From Eledone cirrhosa (Eukaryota), in the NCBI GenBank assembly GCA_964016885.1, contig CAXHJY010000744.1, forward strand, positions 78,895 through 142,894: 64,000 nucleotides of DNA, in the 5' to 3' direction. This document shows, piece after piece, positions 28,111 to 45,650 of the stretch. The notes below the pieces were generated by a model that was given only the letters and a program-made list of their open reading frames with translations, had not been told where the DNA came from and did not search any database. How positions within the stretch are numbered: position 1 is the first letter of the stretch; the number at the start of each line of letters is the position of its first letter. The translations under genes and the position numbers were made by a program.

Positions 28111-28221
28111 TATATATATATGTATATACATTATATACATGTATATAGGCACGCATGTGTGTGTCTGTGTGTGTCTGTGCAGTGTAGTGTACATGCTGTA
28201 ACTGTAAGTAACAGAATAGGA

Positions 28222-28410
28222 AATAATTGTTTCTACTTTAGGCACAAGGCCAGCAATTATCCCAGTGCATCACTGGTTTATTTTATCGACCCCGTAAGGA
28301 TGAAAGGCAAAGTTAACCTCGGCGGGATTTGAACTCAGAATGGCAATGGCCGTAACTCTATGCGTCAAAGCATGCTGTCCGATCCTCTACCGATACTGCC
28401 AATCTACCAC
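28222..28410 (-). mobile_element. SINE family A (short-tail form)
   Basis: Matches the consensus. Confidence 0.85.
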
Positions 28411-28685
28411 TTGAGATCAGTAGGAACCCTCAAAATTATATGTTCATACTACTCACGAGCATAATGTTGTGTGTTCTATTTCTAGACTGGACGGTGTGTT
28501 CTTCAGCTAGACACTTTATTTCACGTTGCTTTACATAATAGGAATGGAGTTTCTATCATTAGTACACCTAAGAAACTTCTTATGATACCATCTAAACCGA
28601 CATAGTTATAAGCTGTAGATTTCATTTCATTTTCATTTCTGCCTTAATCAGTGTCACACCTTTGGACGTAATTAGTAACGTGTAT

Positions 28686-28886
28686 TAATGGCTTCTGATT
28701 TAGGTACAAGGCCAGCAATTTTTAAGGGAGGGGAAGGTCGATTAAATCTTTATTTTATCGACCCCGTGGGGATAAAAGACAAAACTAATCATGGCAGGAT
28801 TTGAAATTAGAACTTAAAGGGCCGTAACTCTATGCTGTGAAGCATGTTGTCCGACACTCTACCGATTCTGCTAATCCACCGCCCTT
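28686..28886 (-). mobile_element. SINE family A (long-tail form)
   Basis: Matches the consensus. Confidence 0.8.
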
Positions 28887-29369
28887 AGCATAGGGTGTTA
28901 ATAGATTTTTATTCTTATGTGGATCGTGTAATTTTTTTCTTCTTAAGAGTACCTCCGGGCTTTTATTGTTTCAAAATACAAAGATATTCATATTTTTCAT
29001 ACCCTACCTTGTTCCATCATGTCATTAGATAGTTCCAGTTGGGAGTGGTTGATATGCTATATCAATCAACAAGCCCTGGGTCCTTTTGACACTTCTGTTT
29101 CCATGAGACCCATCTAGTAACTCATTGTTCTTTCAAGTGACATATTGATCCTCTAAACACAACTCAAGCTGAGAGTAATTGCCTCTTTGCAGAAATCCCA
29201 ACAGTAATTAAAGAACAAATTTGTCGGTAAACACTTCCATTTACGCCAGCCAAAATTACTCATCCTCTCTCATATCAAATGACTATTGGAGTCGATTCAA
29301 TTGACTATTAATTTATGGCATCGTGCCATTTTACTGAAATCATTATCGTTATTATTGCAAGGCAGGACA

Positions 29370-29805
29370 GTGGATTAGCAGACTCGATGGAGCGTCGAAC
29401 AAACTGCGTCGATGTATTTGTTCCGGGTCTTTACGTTCTGCATTCAGATGAAATATGTATTTCATCTTTCCGGGCTATATAAAATAAGGTACCAGTCAAA
29501 TACTGATGATGATTCAATCAACTTCCTCTCCCTTGCACTTGTTGGCCTTGTGTCTAAAATTAGAAACCTCTATTATTGCAGGTCAGATCAGTGGATTAAA
29601 AGAGTCATTCAGTGTAGCTTAAACTTCCTTGCGGTATTTGTTCTGTTTTTTTGTGTTCTGAGTTCAAATATCGCTAAGATCAACTTTACCTTTCGTTCTT
29701 CCGAGATTAAGATAAAGTATCAGTCAAACACTAGGATTGATTTAATCGACTTATCACCCCTTCCTCTTAAATTGGTGGTATTGTGTCTAAATTAGAAACA
29801 ATCAC
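29370..29805 (+). mobile_element. Two older tandem SINE A-related copies
   Basis: cagtggatt heads, gttcaaat, ggtaccagtcaaa.act, ggccttgtgtctaaa.ttagaaac tails. Confidence 0.6.
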
Positions 29806-30129
29806 TATTGTTATTGTTAAGGCAGTGAAGTTTCAAAATGTTTTGCGATATTTATTCTGATTTTTTAAGTTAAAATCCGGCGCCCTTATGACTCCATAAG
29901 GAGTTGCGGAACCATACAATTGTTTAGCACTTGCTCACCCTTACTTCTCATATAGTTTAACCGAACTGCAGATAAATGAACCACGTAGAAGTCTCTTCAT
30001 TGTTTCACTATACATTTAAATTGGATGGGAGTCTATTTTGTTGTACTATTGGGTCTACCGTCAGCCATGCTTTTAAATGAACAGCTCATAGCCTCAAATC
30101 TCTCAAACTCTTCTCCTTTCCATATACAC

Positions 30130-30430
30130 CATCCTCACACACCTTCCTCACACACCCACCCCCAATCTCACCCTCCACACTCAATCCCCCGCCCCCATCT
30201 CACACTCCACCCACTCACACCCGACCCCAATTTCACCCTCCACATTCACCTACCCCCATCTCACCCTCCACATTCACCCTCCACATTCACCCTCCACATT
30301 CACCCTCCACATTCACCCTCCACACTAACCCCCCTCCATCTCACCCTCCACACTCACCTTCCACACACCGTCTACTCCCAACTTTTACTCAACAGCCACA
30401 CAACACCCATCCACACCACCTCCACACTAC
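30130..30430. repeat. C/A-rich minisatellite (tcaccctccacat, ~13 bp)
   Basis: Direct reading. Confidence 0.85.
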
Positions 30431-30655
30431 CTCCTTGCCTCATATACAGATCTTCCCCCTCCTACTTCATGGTACTAAAACAAACGAGTATGAAGCTGCT
30501 TCTAATACACATACGTATGCTCTCATTTACATTAGTGTGTAAGATAAAGAGAGAGCTCTTTATCTTACACACATAATACGTAATACATATATAGATAAAC
30601 ACAAAGACACACATGATGACATAAATATACATACATACACACACACACACAAACG

Positions 30656-30712
<57 letters not shown>

Positions 30713-30713
30713 A

Positions 30714-30753
<40 letters not shown>

Positions 30754-30969
30754 CATAATTTATATATATATATATATATACATATATATACATACTTTCT
30801 CTTTATATCACATAGAGATACGTATACACAAACTTATGTACTCTCTCTATCATTCTCTTTATATATATGTATGTGTGTGTGTGTATGTATGTGTGTGTGT
30901 CTATGTATCATACATATAAATATATACATATATATACATATATATACATATACATATATATATAAATCA

Positions 30970-31004
<35 letters not shown>

Positions 31005-31133
31005 AATATATATTATGGTTGGTGCTCTGGAATAAATATATATATACATATATGTGGAGGGAGAGATTCCAACCAGAATGGTTGCATTTTTTAAGGGTAT
31101 GTCAATATTTATTTATAAAACTAACCTATATTA

Positions 31134-31199
31134 TATTTTATCTGATGAAAGCGCACCATAGTTTACCTTGGTGGCCCTTGAAATATGTATAATGAAATA
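31134..31199 (+). ncRNA. Type I hammerhead ribozyme
   Basis: tattttat-CTGATGA-aag..cacca[..]tggtg..ctt-GAAA-tatgta-TA-atgaaata; stem I extends distally (tttataaaac/gttttataaa). Confidence 0.7.
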
Positions 31200-31263
31200 A
31201 ATATGGTTTTATAAATATAGTTTCCATTTGTTAATATATTGTATATATACATATATATTTATA

Positions 31264-31316
<53 letters not shown>

Positions 31317-31619
31317 CATAGACACACACACACACATAGATTTACACACAGTCATACATACATACACGCACACATACATTCATGTATATATCACACACAC
31401 ATTAACACAGTTACACACACACACGCACAGAAACACATACACAAACGCGCTCTCTCATACACACACACAAACAAACACACACATACACTCACACAGACAC
31501 ACACACAAAAGCTCTGGAATACTTTTGCCTTCTGTTTTGTTTTATATTTCTTTGTTTATTGTTTACGTAGTTTTAATTCTTAAGTGGTATGGTGGTGTTC
31601 CCAGTTTTCCCAACATGGC

Positions 31620-35837
<4,218 letters not shown>

Positions 35838-36202
35838 TTCCACAATAATTCCACAATAAAATAAACTATGGAGGCTCTTCTAATATCAGATGATAGGACA
35901 TACGTGACACCAATTATAAAATCTCCGATACTTCAACCGTTGAAAAATTTTAAATCAGGCGTCTATGATCTCCTACCACTTCAATGATAATTTGCTTATC
36001 ACGTGGTCAATTCTGATTTTGAAGATGGATCTGTTAAAGCTGTTAAACGTTAATATACACATGGATATAGCAACGATGCTTTCCAAACTAAGCATAACGG
36101 ATTAATAAGGAAGTACGAAAAAACCTTAATAAAAATTATCAATCTGGGGCACAGTAATCTTTTCAATTTAAACGTTTGTAAGCAAAGCTATTGCATACTC
36201 TT

Positions 36203-36246
<44 letters not shown>

Positions 36247-36247
36247 A

Positions 36248-36427
36248 GTAATAATAATAAATTTGAAGACTAAAATCCAAAGAGGGCTCGATAAGGATAA
36301 ATATATATCAAATATATAAGAACCGTAGAGCAAATATTTATTAAAATAACAGATTAAAGTTTAAGCAAAGAATCGCTGCTTTCACTCTTAACGGGATCTT
36401 CTGAAAATCTGTTATTTTAATAAATAT
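36248..36427 (-). mobile_element. Short PLE-like terminal remnant with HHR-like motif (36357-36409) and a terminal inversion
   Basis: Shares sequence with 5083-5168 and 9945-10073; last 22 bp invert 36334-36355. Confidence 0.65.
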
Positions 36428-36444
36428 ATATATAATATATATAG

Positions 36445-36656
36445 GAACGATCGACTTTCGTCAAATCGGACCGAGGAAACAATGTTTCCATTGGTCTTTC
36501 AAATTGCTAATACTATCTATCGGTCGCAACTCCAGGTAGAAGGAGCAACGTGAAATAAAGTGTCTTGCTCAAGGACATAACGCATCGCCTAGTCTGAGAA
36601 TCGAACTCACAACCTCACGATCGCGAATTCCAATTCTCTAACCACTCACCCACACG

Positions 36657-36660
<4 letters not shown>
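36445..36660 (-). mobile_element. tRNA/CORE-like SINE (family C)
   Basis: aagtgtcttgctcaaggaca (CORE-like), atcgaactc B-box; near-identical copy at 37625-37797; related copies at 55455-55863 and 55905-56180. Confidence 0.7.
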
Positions 36661-36734
<74 letters not shown>

Positions 36735-36814
36735 TTCGCTCTACATGGTTGAATACAAAAGTTTTTCGAATATTAATAATTCTTTCTACTTTTGGCATAA
36801 GGCCAGCAATTATC

Positions 36815-36955
36815 CCAGTGCATATTCGATTCGTTTGCAATTATGCAAACAAGCCTCATTTTTAAAGCCATGTCAGTAGAAGGGTTCATTCTACTGACAT
36901 GGCTTAAAAAATGAGGATTGTTTGCATAATTGCAAACGGATCGAATATACACTGG
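36815..36955. repeat. ~140-bp near-perfect palindrome
   Basis: ccagtg..gccatgtcagtagaa gggttca ttctactgacatggc..cactgg. Confidence 0.9.
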
Positions 36956-37135
36956 CAGTATCGGTAGAGGGTCGGACGCCATGCTTTGCAGCAAAGAGTT
37001 ACGGCTCTTTATGGTCTGAGTTCAAATCCCGCCGAGGTTAACTTTGCCTTTCATCCTTACGAGGTCGATAAAATAAAGTACCAGTAATGCACTGGAATAA
37101 TTATCGGCCTTGTGCCAAAAGTAGAAATAATTATC
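36953..37135 (+). mobile_element. SINE family A
   Basis: Matches the consensus. Confidence 0.85.
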
Positions 37136-37624
37136 AATATTCGAAAAATTCAAATTACATTTATTGTATTCAGCCATGCAGGCGAAACAAATTTTTTTTT
37201 AAATTATTTGAATGTGGCAAAGCCGGCCATTTATCGCACGTATACAGGAAACTAACAGGCCAGTATGCCGAAATGCAAATCTGGCTGATCAGTGGATCTG
37301 CTAATATGCAGATCTGACTGATCAGCCAGTCTGTTAATATGCAAATCAGGCCAATCAGTCACTGTATATTTTAGAAAATAGCATATATTTTCACTAGCTG
37401 TGACAGTTTGCAGGTGAACAGTGAGCTGTACTGATGAAGCGTGATACCTAGAAACATTAGTGTCTGCATTTCTGTTTACATGCCAACACAAGAACAAGAA
37501 TGAAGTGTTCATTCTACTGACATGGCTTTAAAAATGAGGATTGTTTGCTTAATTGTAAACGAATCGAATGTTATTATTAATATTCGAAAAACTCAGATTA
37601 CATTTATTATATATATATATAACG

Positions 37625-37795
37625 AGTTGATCGACTTTCGTCAAATCGGACCGAGGAAACAATGTTTCCGTTGGTCTTTCTAATTGCTAATACTATCTAT
37701 CGGTCGCAACTCCAGGTAGAAGGAGCAACATGAAATATAGTGTCTTGCTCAAGGACACACCGCATCGCCCGATCCGGGAATAGAGCTCACAACTT

Positions 37796-37797
<2 letters not shown>
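37625..37797 (-). mobile_element. SINE family C, duplicate of 36445-36620
   Basis: Near-identical direct repeat. Confidence 0.75.
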
Positions 37798-37854
<57 letters not shown>

Positions 37855-37856
37855 CA

Positions 37857-39133
37857 CAAGTCAGTAAGTCTATTTATTATAGAATCTAAATTAGAAATAA
37901 TGGTAAATTTTTCATTTAGACAGAGATTGCAAATTTTGGATAGAGAACTGTTCAATTTAGATTCTATAATAAATAGACGCACTGACTTGTTTTCTATCTG
38001 CTTGCATAAATTCCATAAAAGATTTCATAAAGTATACAGCTAATATTCAATTCTTTATCAATTTAGAATCTTTTTCTCAAAGGCACATATATATATATAT
38101 ATATATACATACACTTCTTTTAAAAATATACCCATCTTTCAAAGGTTATTATACATTCTATAATACCTGTTACTCATTCTACATCGCTCCGATTTATCAC
38201 TTCCCTTTCTTCTCTTCTTCTTTTAACGTCTAACCCCTAATCTGTACCTTTTCTCACTCTTGCCTAACATAGAATCAATTATTACATAATACAATACATT
38301 CTTACTCTATATCACCTTGTAAAAATCCTTCGTAAACATATACATTTTTTTGACGTTAGATTATTCATCCTCAATTCATTATTCTTTTCTCCCTTTCGTC
38401 TAACTCATTCATGGTCATCTCACAATATTTCCTTACTTAAATAACCTGTTGTTCCTTTTAATAATACATATCAACATTTTCTTAACATCGCACATATTAT
38501 TAAACCCTTAAACATTATTCTCAATACATATTAACATTTTCTTTTTTCATCGCACATATTATCAAACCCCTCAATATACAAACCTTAACTTTACATTATT
38601 TTTCTCTTCGTTAATTTTCAAATTCTTTTAATTCATACATTATCTTCCAACGGTTTTCAACCTCTCTATGTAAAAAAATATATCTTTCTCAGTTATAAAA
38701 GCTATCTCTCTCTCTCTATCACCCATCTCTCCTCCTATCTCATCCTTCCTCATTATACTCCTCCCTCTCCACTTTTTACTCTCATCTCCTCCTCTTTTTC
38801 ATCCTTTCCACCCCCCCCCCTCTAAATAAAATATTTTTCCCAATATCACACATCAATCTAAAACTACTTCTCATATGTTGATTTAAAACTGAACTATCCA
38901 CAAGTGTTTTTTAACCTTCATATCATGTCTTCATGTTTTATCTGATGAAAACACAAATATTATTGCATGATGATATTTGTTTTTGAAATGCGCATAATAA
39001 AATACATGGAACTCTTTTAACCATCTTTTGTTCTTATATATTATGTATACTCCAGTCCTACAAACTGTAGAGTGCTTATTATCCGATATCTGCATTGCTT
39101 TATTGTACTACAATAAAACTCACCTCCTACATT
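37857..39133 (+). mobile_element. Truncated copy of the 59413-63379 PLE (3' repeat plus 99-bp 5' inversion)
   Basis: 37954-39133 is nearly identical to 62160-63379; 37857-37955 is the reverse complement of about 62097-62195; (TA)n on both sides. Confidence 0.92.
38936..39002 (+). ncRNA. Type I hammerhead in PLE pseudo-LTR
   Basis: ttttat-CTGATGA-aaacacaaatat[..]atatttgttttt-GAAA-tgcgca-TA-ataaaa; palindromic ATGCGCAT. Confidence 0.8.
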
Positions 39134-39829
39134 ATATATATATATATATATATATATACAAATATATATGAATGTATGTATAGTATAGTTGGCAATATAC
39201 CGTATTTTTAATTAAAAACATTTAGAAAACCATACGCTAGCAGTTTTAAAGTACTGACTATATATATATATACATATATATACGTGTGTGAGTGTGTATG
39301 ATATGTATTAATACATGGCGTTAGTGGCACATTAAAAACTGTGAGTTTCATAGACATTATTGGCAAAAACACCTATTGTTCATTATCAGAAGTTGCATAT
39401 GTTTCGTGTCATAGCTAATTATCACTTTTGACAAGTTCTGATAATGGAGAATAAGTACTTTCGCAAATAATATTTATGAAGCTGTCAATTTCTTTTAATG
39501 TATTGCAGATACTGTATATAAATTACCTCTGTATATAACGGAGTGTCATTCTTTCCTAATACGAATCACACTCAAATAACTATTCTAACAAAAAATTCTG
39601 GTTTACTTTTTAGGTAACTTTTTTTTTTAAATAATTTTAAGTATTTAGAATTAAATTTTAAAACAATTGGAATGGATAAACGGAAGAAAACTTTACATTT
39701 TTAATCACAAAAAGTAAACTTTGATGGTGGCTCTTTTTTTGCTCCAAGTCTGAACTGGCCAAGAAGAAAATTTGGAGTAGTGGTGACATATAGTATATAT
39801 AGAAAGAACTGAATTATAAATGGAGGCAT

Positions 39830-40740
39830 CCACCTAGGGTGTACTGTTTGTGTTGCTGTTTTGAACTTATTTTGCGTAGGGTGTATACTGTACCTAATAG
39901 AGCTTTTTTATGTAACATTGTGAGCCTTGGTATGATTTATATCTTTTTGGTCATAATTATTATGATATTGAGTGCTTCACATATTGCTACTGTCTTTACT
40001 TTTATACTCCACACCCTGTTTATTTCAAATTAAAGAAACTTGTATTTCAACAGCTTTGCATCTCTTTGCGTCAAATATTTTTATTAGAGTACAGTCCTTG
40101 ATTATTATATCTGGACAGTTTGCCATGATTTCCTCGTCAGTCAGGATAGTCAAGTCACAGATGATTACGGCCAAGCCGTTGTCATGTACCGTCTTTCATA
40201 TACGTTTATATCACTTTAAATCCGTGTTTATATTGCTAAGTCGTAATATTGATCGTTCGTGGGCATATATTCGGACTTGACAAGGATTATGTAATCAGAA
40301 ATGATGTGGTCAAACATATTTTTGTACTGGTTGCATTGTCTGCACTTGATATCAGCGAAGTATTGGCTATTGGGTGAGTTTTCTTCCGTTCTTTCTATGG
40401 TGTATTTCGTGATCCTTTTTTCATCTTTATTTTGTTTTGTTAACTGTTCTGTTGTTTTATTCTTCTTTAAATGTTTATACTTCATCGTTTCCATATAAAT
40501 AGAATGTTTTTCTTCGAGTTTTCTTATGACATTAGTCAGTTTCCCTTTGTTTGTTTTAAGTAATTTTTAGCCTTGCTAAATCAATAATATTGAATATAAA
40601 CCTGACAATCCTCAGTACTTTTTGGGGTAGCAGTGGCCTTCTCTTTAATTTCTGGGTATTGTATCTTATCAGTTGGGTGTGTGGTTCAGGTCTAATTCCC
40701 TATTTTCAATGTCTTTATCTAATTTGATATTCTCATTTAA
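39830..40740 (-). mobile_element. Old R4/Dong-like (restriction-like endonuclease) non-LTR fragment
   Basis: KCRQC..FDHIIS..LVKSEY; ICDLTILTDEEIMANCPDIIIKD; KALLGTVYTLRK. Confidence 0.65.
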
Positions 40741-41523
40741 GTTGGCTCTCTCTCTCTTTCTCTCTCTCTCTCTCTATCTCTATCTCTATTTCTCTCTCTC
40801 TATCTCTATCTCTCTCTATCTTTATCTCTCTCTATCTCTCTCTCTCCCTCTCTCTCTGTTCATTTATATGCATTGGCTTAATTCATGAAGAATGTTTAAC
40901 AGGTGTTTAACTGGGTATTGGTCTCTTGTAAACGTTTTAATGTCATATGTCGTTTACAGTTTCTCTTTAGCTTATATAAACCTAGTGCAAGGCCTGAAAT
41001 TTAAAAAAAAAAGTGTATTAGCCCATGTAATGGATTTTACTATTTCACGGATCACCTTGATAGAATTTGAACACAAAATGTAAAGAGAGCGAGTTATTTC
41101 ATTTTGTCCACCATCCATCAGAAAAATCAGTTATGCACGTGATAACTATAAAACTTTTTTGTTTACAAACATCGTGTATATGTGGCCGATCTCTCGAACT
41201 TTTACGGAGCGCTCAGGTGATAAATTTAATATAAAGAATGGTGTGCTCCTACGCGAAGATGCTATAAGGTGGCTTATAGGTTTAAAGTGCCTAGCCAGTA
41301 TCTGGAAGATGTGGGGTTCTATTTCTCATAGCGGGCGATGGCAACTTCTTTTTCCGTCTTTAAGGGTCTTAACCATATTTTATAAGCTATGTTGTAGCAT
41401 CTTCGCGCATGAGCACACCATTCTTTATATTAACTTTGTATTTATTTGTTATCATAGTTATTGTTATTGTTATTATTGTCGCTGTTCTTGTTGATGCTGT
41501 TGTTATTAATATTGGTGTTGTTG

Positions 41524-41742
41524 AGGGCAGTGGATTGGCAGTATTGGCGGTGGGTCGGACGCCATGCTTTGCAGCATAGAGTTACGGCTCTTTACGATCT
41601 GAGTTCAAATCCCGCCGAGGCTAACTTCGCCTTTCATCCTTACAGGGTCAATTAAATAAAGTACCAGTCACGCACTGGGGTCGATTTAATCGACTTTCCC
41701 CTCCCCCCAAATTACTGGCCTTGTGCCTATATAAGAAACCAT
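41524..41742 (+). mobile_element. SINE family A (long-tail form)
   Basis: Matches the consensus. Confidence 0.85.
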
Positions 41743-41744
41743 AG

Positions 41745-42335
41745 CATGCGACAGCGGCCACACCCTGGTAAACCGCCTTGGCTGGCGGGCCGAACCAGGT
41801 TGAGGGTAGCCGGACGGGTCTGAAACCCCCCGGTGAGTTAGATAGGGGATGCCTGCCCCTGCATGCGAAGACTGGACCCGGCGGGGTGAGTGGAGGAGGA
41901 CAACATCGTCCCAACGGTGACGAAGGCGGCGACAGCAAGCGGTATGGAGTGCTAGAGCACAGCAAGACACTACAGACGTTGTGGCCATCCACTGCAGCCA
42001 AGGAAGTCCCTGGTCGTGAAGGTCCTCCGTACCACCGGATTCTGGCTTTTGCGGCCGAGTGAGTGGGACCGTCACTGTGCACTGGCCCTCCCACTATAAA
42101 CCTTTACCGTACAAGTTTCTTCTTTAGCGTGCACTCCCAAAGCCCTGCGGCGATGGGCGAGAGGTGGAGGTAACAGGTGGAGGTAACCTCTGGGAGTTGC
42201 CGGTCTGACTCCAGTCTCTTCCCCTGCCCCCACTGTCCCCGGACCTGCAAGTCAAGGATCGGCCTCCACAGCCACCTTCGTGCCCACGGCAGACGGGAAC
42301 AACAATAAAGAAGATGTCACCATCGTTTACGATGG
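41745..42335 (+). mobile_element. GC-rich island resembling the 5' UTR of RTE-clade LINEs
   Basis: ggccacaccctgg..gccgaaccagg.tgagggtagccg..ggtgagttag..gcatgcgaagactgg; recognition from memory. Confidence 0.55.
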
Positions 42336-42687
42336 ACAACCAAGAATATTGGTGTTGTTATTGTTGATATTCGTGTTGTTATTGTTGATGTTGTTACTGT
42401 TAATGTTATTGTTTTTGTTGTTATTGTTATTGTTATTGTTATTGTTATTGTTATTGTTATTTCTATTGTTGTCTTTATTGATGTTTTTTTTTTTTATTAC
42501 ATCGTTGTTGTAATTGATATGGTTGTTATTGATATAGTTGTTGTCATTGTTGCTGCAGTCATTGATGTTATTATTAATGTTAATTTGGATATTGCAATTC
42601 AGGTTGTTGTTATTGTTGTTATTACTGCTGGTGTTATCATTTTATGGTAATCGTTGAAGTTGTTATTACTATTATTATTATTATTAT

Positions 42688-42832
42688 AGTTACGTCCCTT
42701 TACGATCTGAGTTCAAATCCCGCCGAGGTTGACTTTGCCTTTCATCCTTACGGGGTCGATAAAAAATAAAATACCAGTAATGCACTGGGTAATTGCTAGC
42801 CTTGAGCCTAACGTAGAAACAATTATTATTAT
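42688..42832 (+). mobile_element. SINE family A (5' truncated)
   Basis: Matches the consensus. Confidence 0.8.
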
Positions 42833-42899
42833 TATGAATTTGATATCTCAGTCATTCATGTTATTTAACCAGAAAATTTGCCCAAATGAACATCAAACC

Positions 42900-43410
42900 G
42901 CTACCTGCAGATATTAAGGACGTATCGGAGGATCCTTGTTGTTCCCAGTAGGCATGCGTTTTGAAGTGTTAAAAAAAAGGGGGCTGGAAACTCTTCGAGA
43001 CAGTACCTACTGCTCCTATGACGATGGAGACGACCTTGATCTCCTGCGAGTCCCAAATCCTTTTCTCCCACTTTAGATCCTGGTACCGGTTAATTTTCTC
43101 CTTCTTTTCTTGCGCTCTTGCGTCAAAGGAACAAGCTACATCTATAATCAAGCAAGAACTTATTCCTTATCAAAAACTACCAGGTAAGTCGTATTGTTTT
43201 CTAATTCTTAATCTGTTTGTATCCCGAAATCACACAGCACCTTGACCTGATTGTTTTCTATCACCGACTCTGACTTATGCTCACACCACTTCTCACAGTA
43301 GAGTAAATTATTCAGTTTGTATAAATGCCAGTTTGCATAAATAATATCATGCCTCCATCCTTTATAATGAGTCTGTGCTAGGTGTTTACACTCGGATACG
43401 AAGTGAGTCA

Positions 43411-43502
<92 letters not shown>

Positions 43503-43770
43503 AAAAAGATCCTACAGAGCGGGATAGCTCCCTCTTTGTCAATATGATGTTTCATCCAATTCGTTCTAAGGGGTTCTTCTTGTGCAACCAGTAGCATTCC
43601 CTCTGTAACTTTTTTGAGTTCCCTTTTCTTTAACCAGTCACATGTCTGCAGATCTCTTAATTCTGTTGTCTTCAAGAAGATGCTATGAAAGGCTTTTTCA
43701 TTCAGGTTGTTCTTCCTCTTAAACGTTACTTCTTTCTTGGACATCCTCTGGTCTATTATTTCTTCCTTCA
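42900..43770 (-). mobile_element. R4/Dong-like non-LTR 3' fragment
   Basis: LVAQEEPLRTN, LCRI..THFVSECKHLAQTHYKGWRHD, VLCDFGIQTD, IIDVAC, EKINRYQDL, SIVIGAVG. Confidence 0.85.
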
Positions 43771-43779
43771 ATACCGCCT

Positions 43780-43990
43780 TGCAGTATCGGTAGAGCGTCG
43801 AACACCATGCTTCGCGACATAATTACGTCTTTTTACGTTCTGAGTTCAAATCCCGCTGAGGTTAGCTTTGCTTTTCATCCTTACGGGGTCGATAAAATAA
43901 AGTAAAAGTAACGTACTGGGGTCGATTTAATCGACTTTCGCCTCCCACAAAATTGTTGGACTTGTGCCTAAAGTAGAAACAATTATTATT
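43780..43990 (+). mobile_element. SINE family A
   Basis: Matches the consensus. Confidence 0.8.
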
Positions 43991-44157
43991 ATTATCGTTG
44001 ATTTTATTATTGTTATTGTTTTTACTTCATTTTCTTCTTTTTCTTCTGCTCTTTTTGCACTTCCTCTTAAGTACTATGAAAAAATTAGGCTCCAACTGTG
44101 ATAGTTCTGACGATTCTGTAGTTTTTTCCATTCTTTGCATACCACAAGAGAAATATG

Positions 44158-44198
<41 letters not shown>

Positions 44199-45044
44199 TT
44201 ATGTGTGTATATATATACACAATACAGGGATTATAGGAGGAGGGTATTAGGCAGTATATCGGGGCCTTTGAATATCTAACAAGGAGAAAAAAGCCTCCCA
44301 GCTCCCTTGAGGTTTAAGGAAAAGTATCTCTCCCTGTTGGTGGGGACAGTCTAAAGTCAATCTTGATCCGCCTTGTAACATTAGATCGGAGGTTCTCTCT
44401 ATATATATACACACATATACATACATGTATGGTGGCTGCCAACTCGTTTTCGAGTATGGCCACTACTTTATATCCATGTAGGAGACCCCTACCAATGTGC
44501 TGAACAAGTGTGACCTTTTAGTCCAGCCAGCGACTTGAAAACTCTGGTACAAACACTACACTTGTGACAATTATTGACACACAGTGCTGGGCCCATGGTA
44601 CCATGTGACGACAAGTGCAGAGAGATCTCCAGATATAAAGCAATGCCTGTGCCGTGAAGCTTTTATAGTGAGCAAAGGCACTGCACAAAGCCAGTCCCAC
44701 TCTCTTAACCAAGATGATACATACATACGTACATACATACATACATACATACATTGTACACATGTACAGATACAAATGCATAGACACATGCACACATATA
44801 ACTCAAAACATACACCTCCACACATACAATAACATCCATACCTGCACACACATGCATGCAGACATGCATACATATCTACTTAGTTGGTGTTGTGTAAATT
44901 CCAATGAGAGAGTCTTGTATCTATGGTATAAACCGACTCTCTCTCTATTCGTAAACATTTGTGAAATTATAAAGTCAGAAGAACATACGTACAAGCATGC
45001 ATATATACACACATATATATATGTGCGCGCACGCATGTGTATGA

Positions 45045-45115
<71 letters not shown>

Positions 45116-45487
45116 TTCATAAAATATGATTTTATAAAGTATATACTTTAATATTAATACAGACATTTATAAACTTTTATAGCCTGAAATATTATACACT
45201 TTGATTAATTCATTACTCTGAACTAACTTAAATGATTTGAAAGTTAACGGTCAACCGGATACGTTTGGATAGTATATATAACTAATTAACTAAGGACTGG
45301 AAATTAACCTTCATATAATTACACCCAGTTATATTTAGGATTTAGATTGATGAATACTTCTAGATAATTCAATAATTCAAAGATTCGAGTTTACTCTTTT
45401 GCAAAGCTATGCCCCAATATTTTTGAGTGCTTCCAATCTATTGTAAAACTCATTCTTTGATTTATTCATTGAACCTTGTTTAGCCTT

Positions 45488-45489
<2 letters not shown>

Positions 45490-45538
<49 letters not shown>

Positions 45539-45587
45539 TCATACGTCCGCTTTTCCCTGCTTGCAAGATATATATATATATATATAC

Positions 45588-45650
<63 letters not shown>

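Noticed and set aside
39380-39448. Hairpin with GAAA-CATATG on the minus strand
   Set aside because: The CUGANGA strand is missing and there is no UH site
42005-42060. HDV-like ribozyme in the RTE-like 5' region
   Set aside because: A P3/L3-like hairpin is present, but P1, P1.1 and P2 could not be completed by hand
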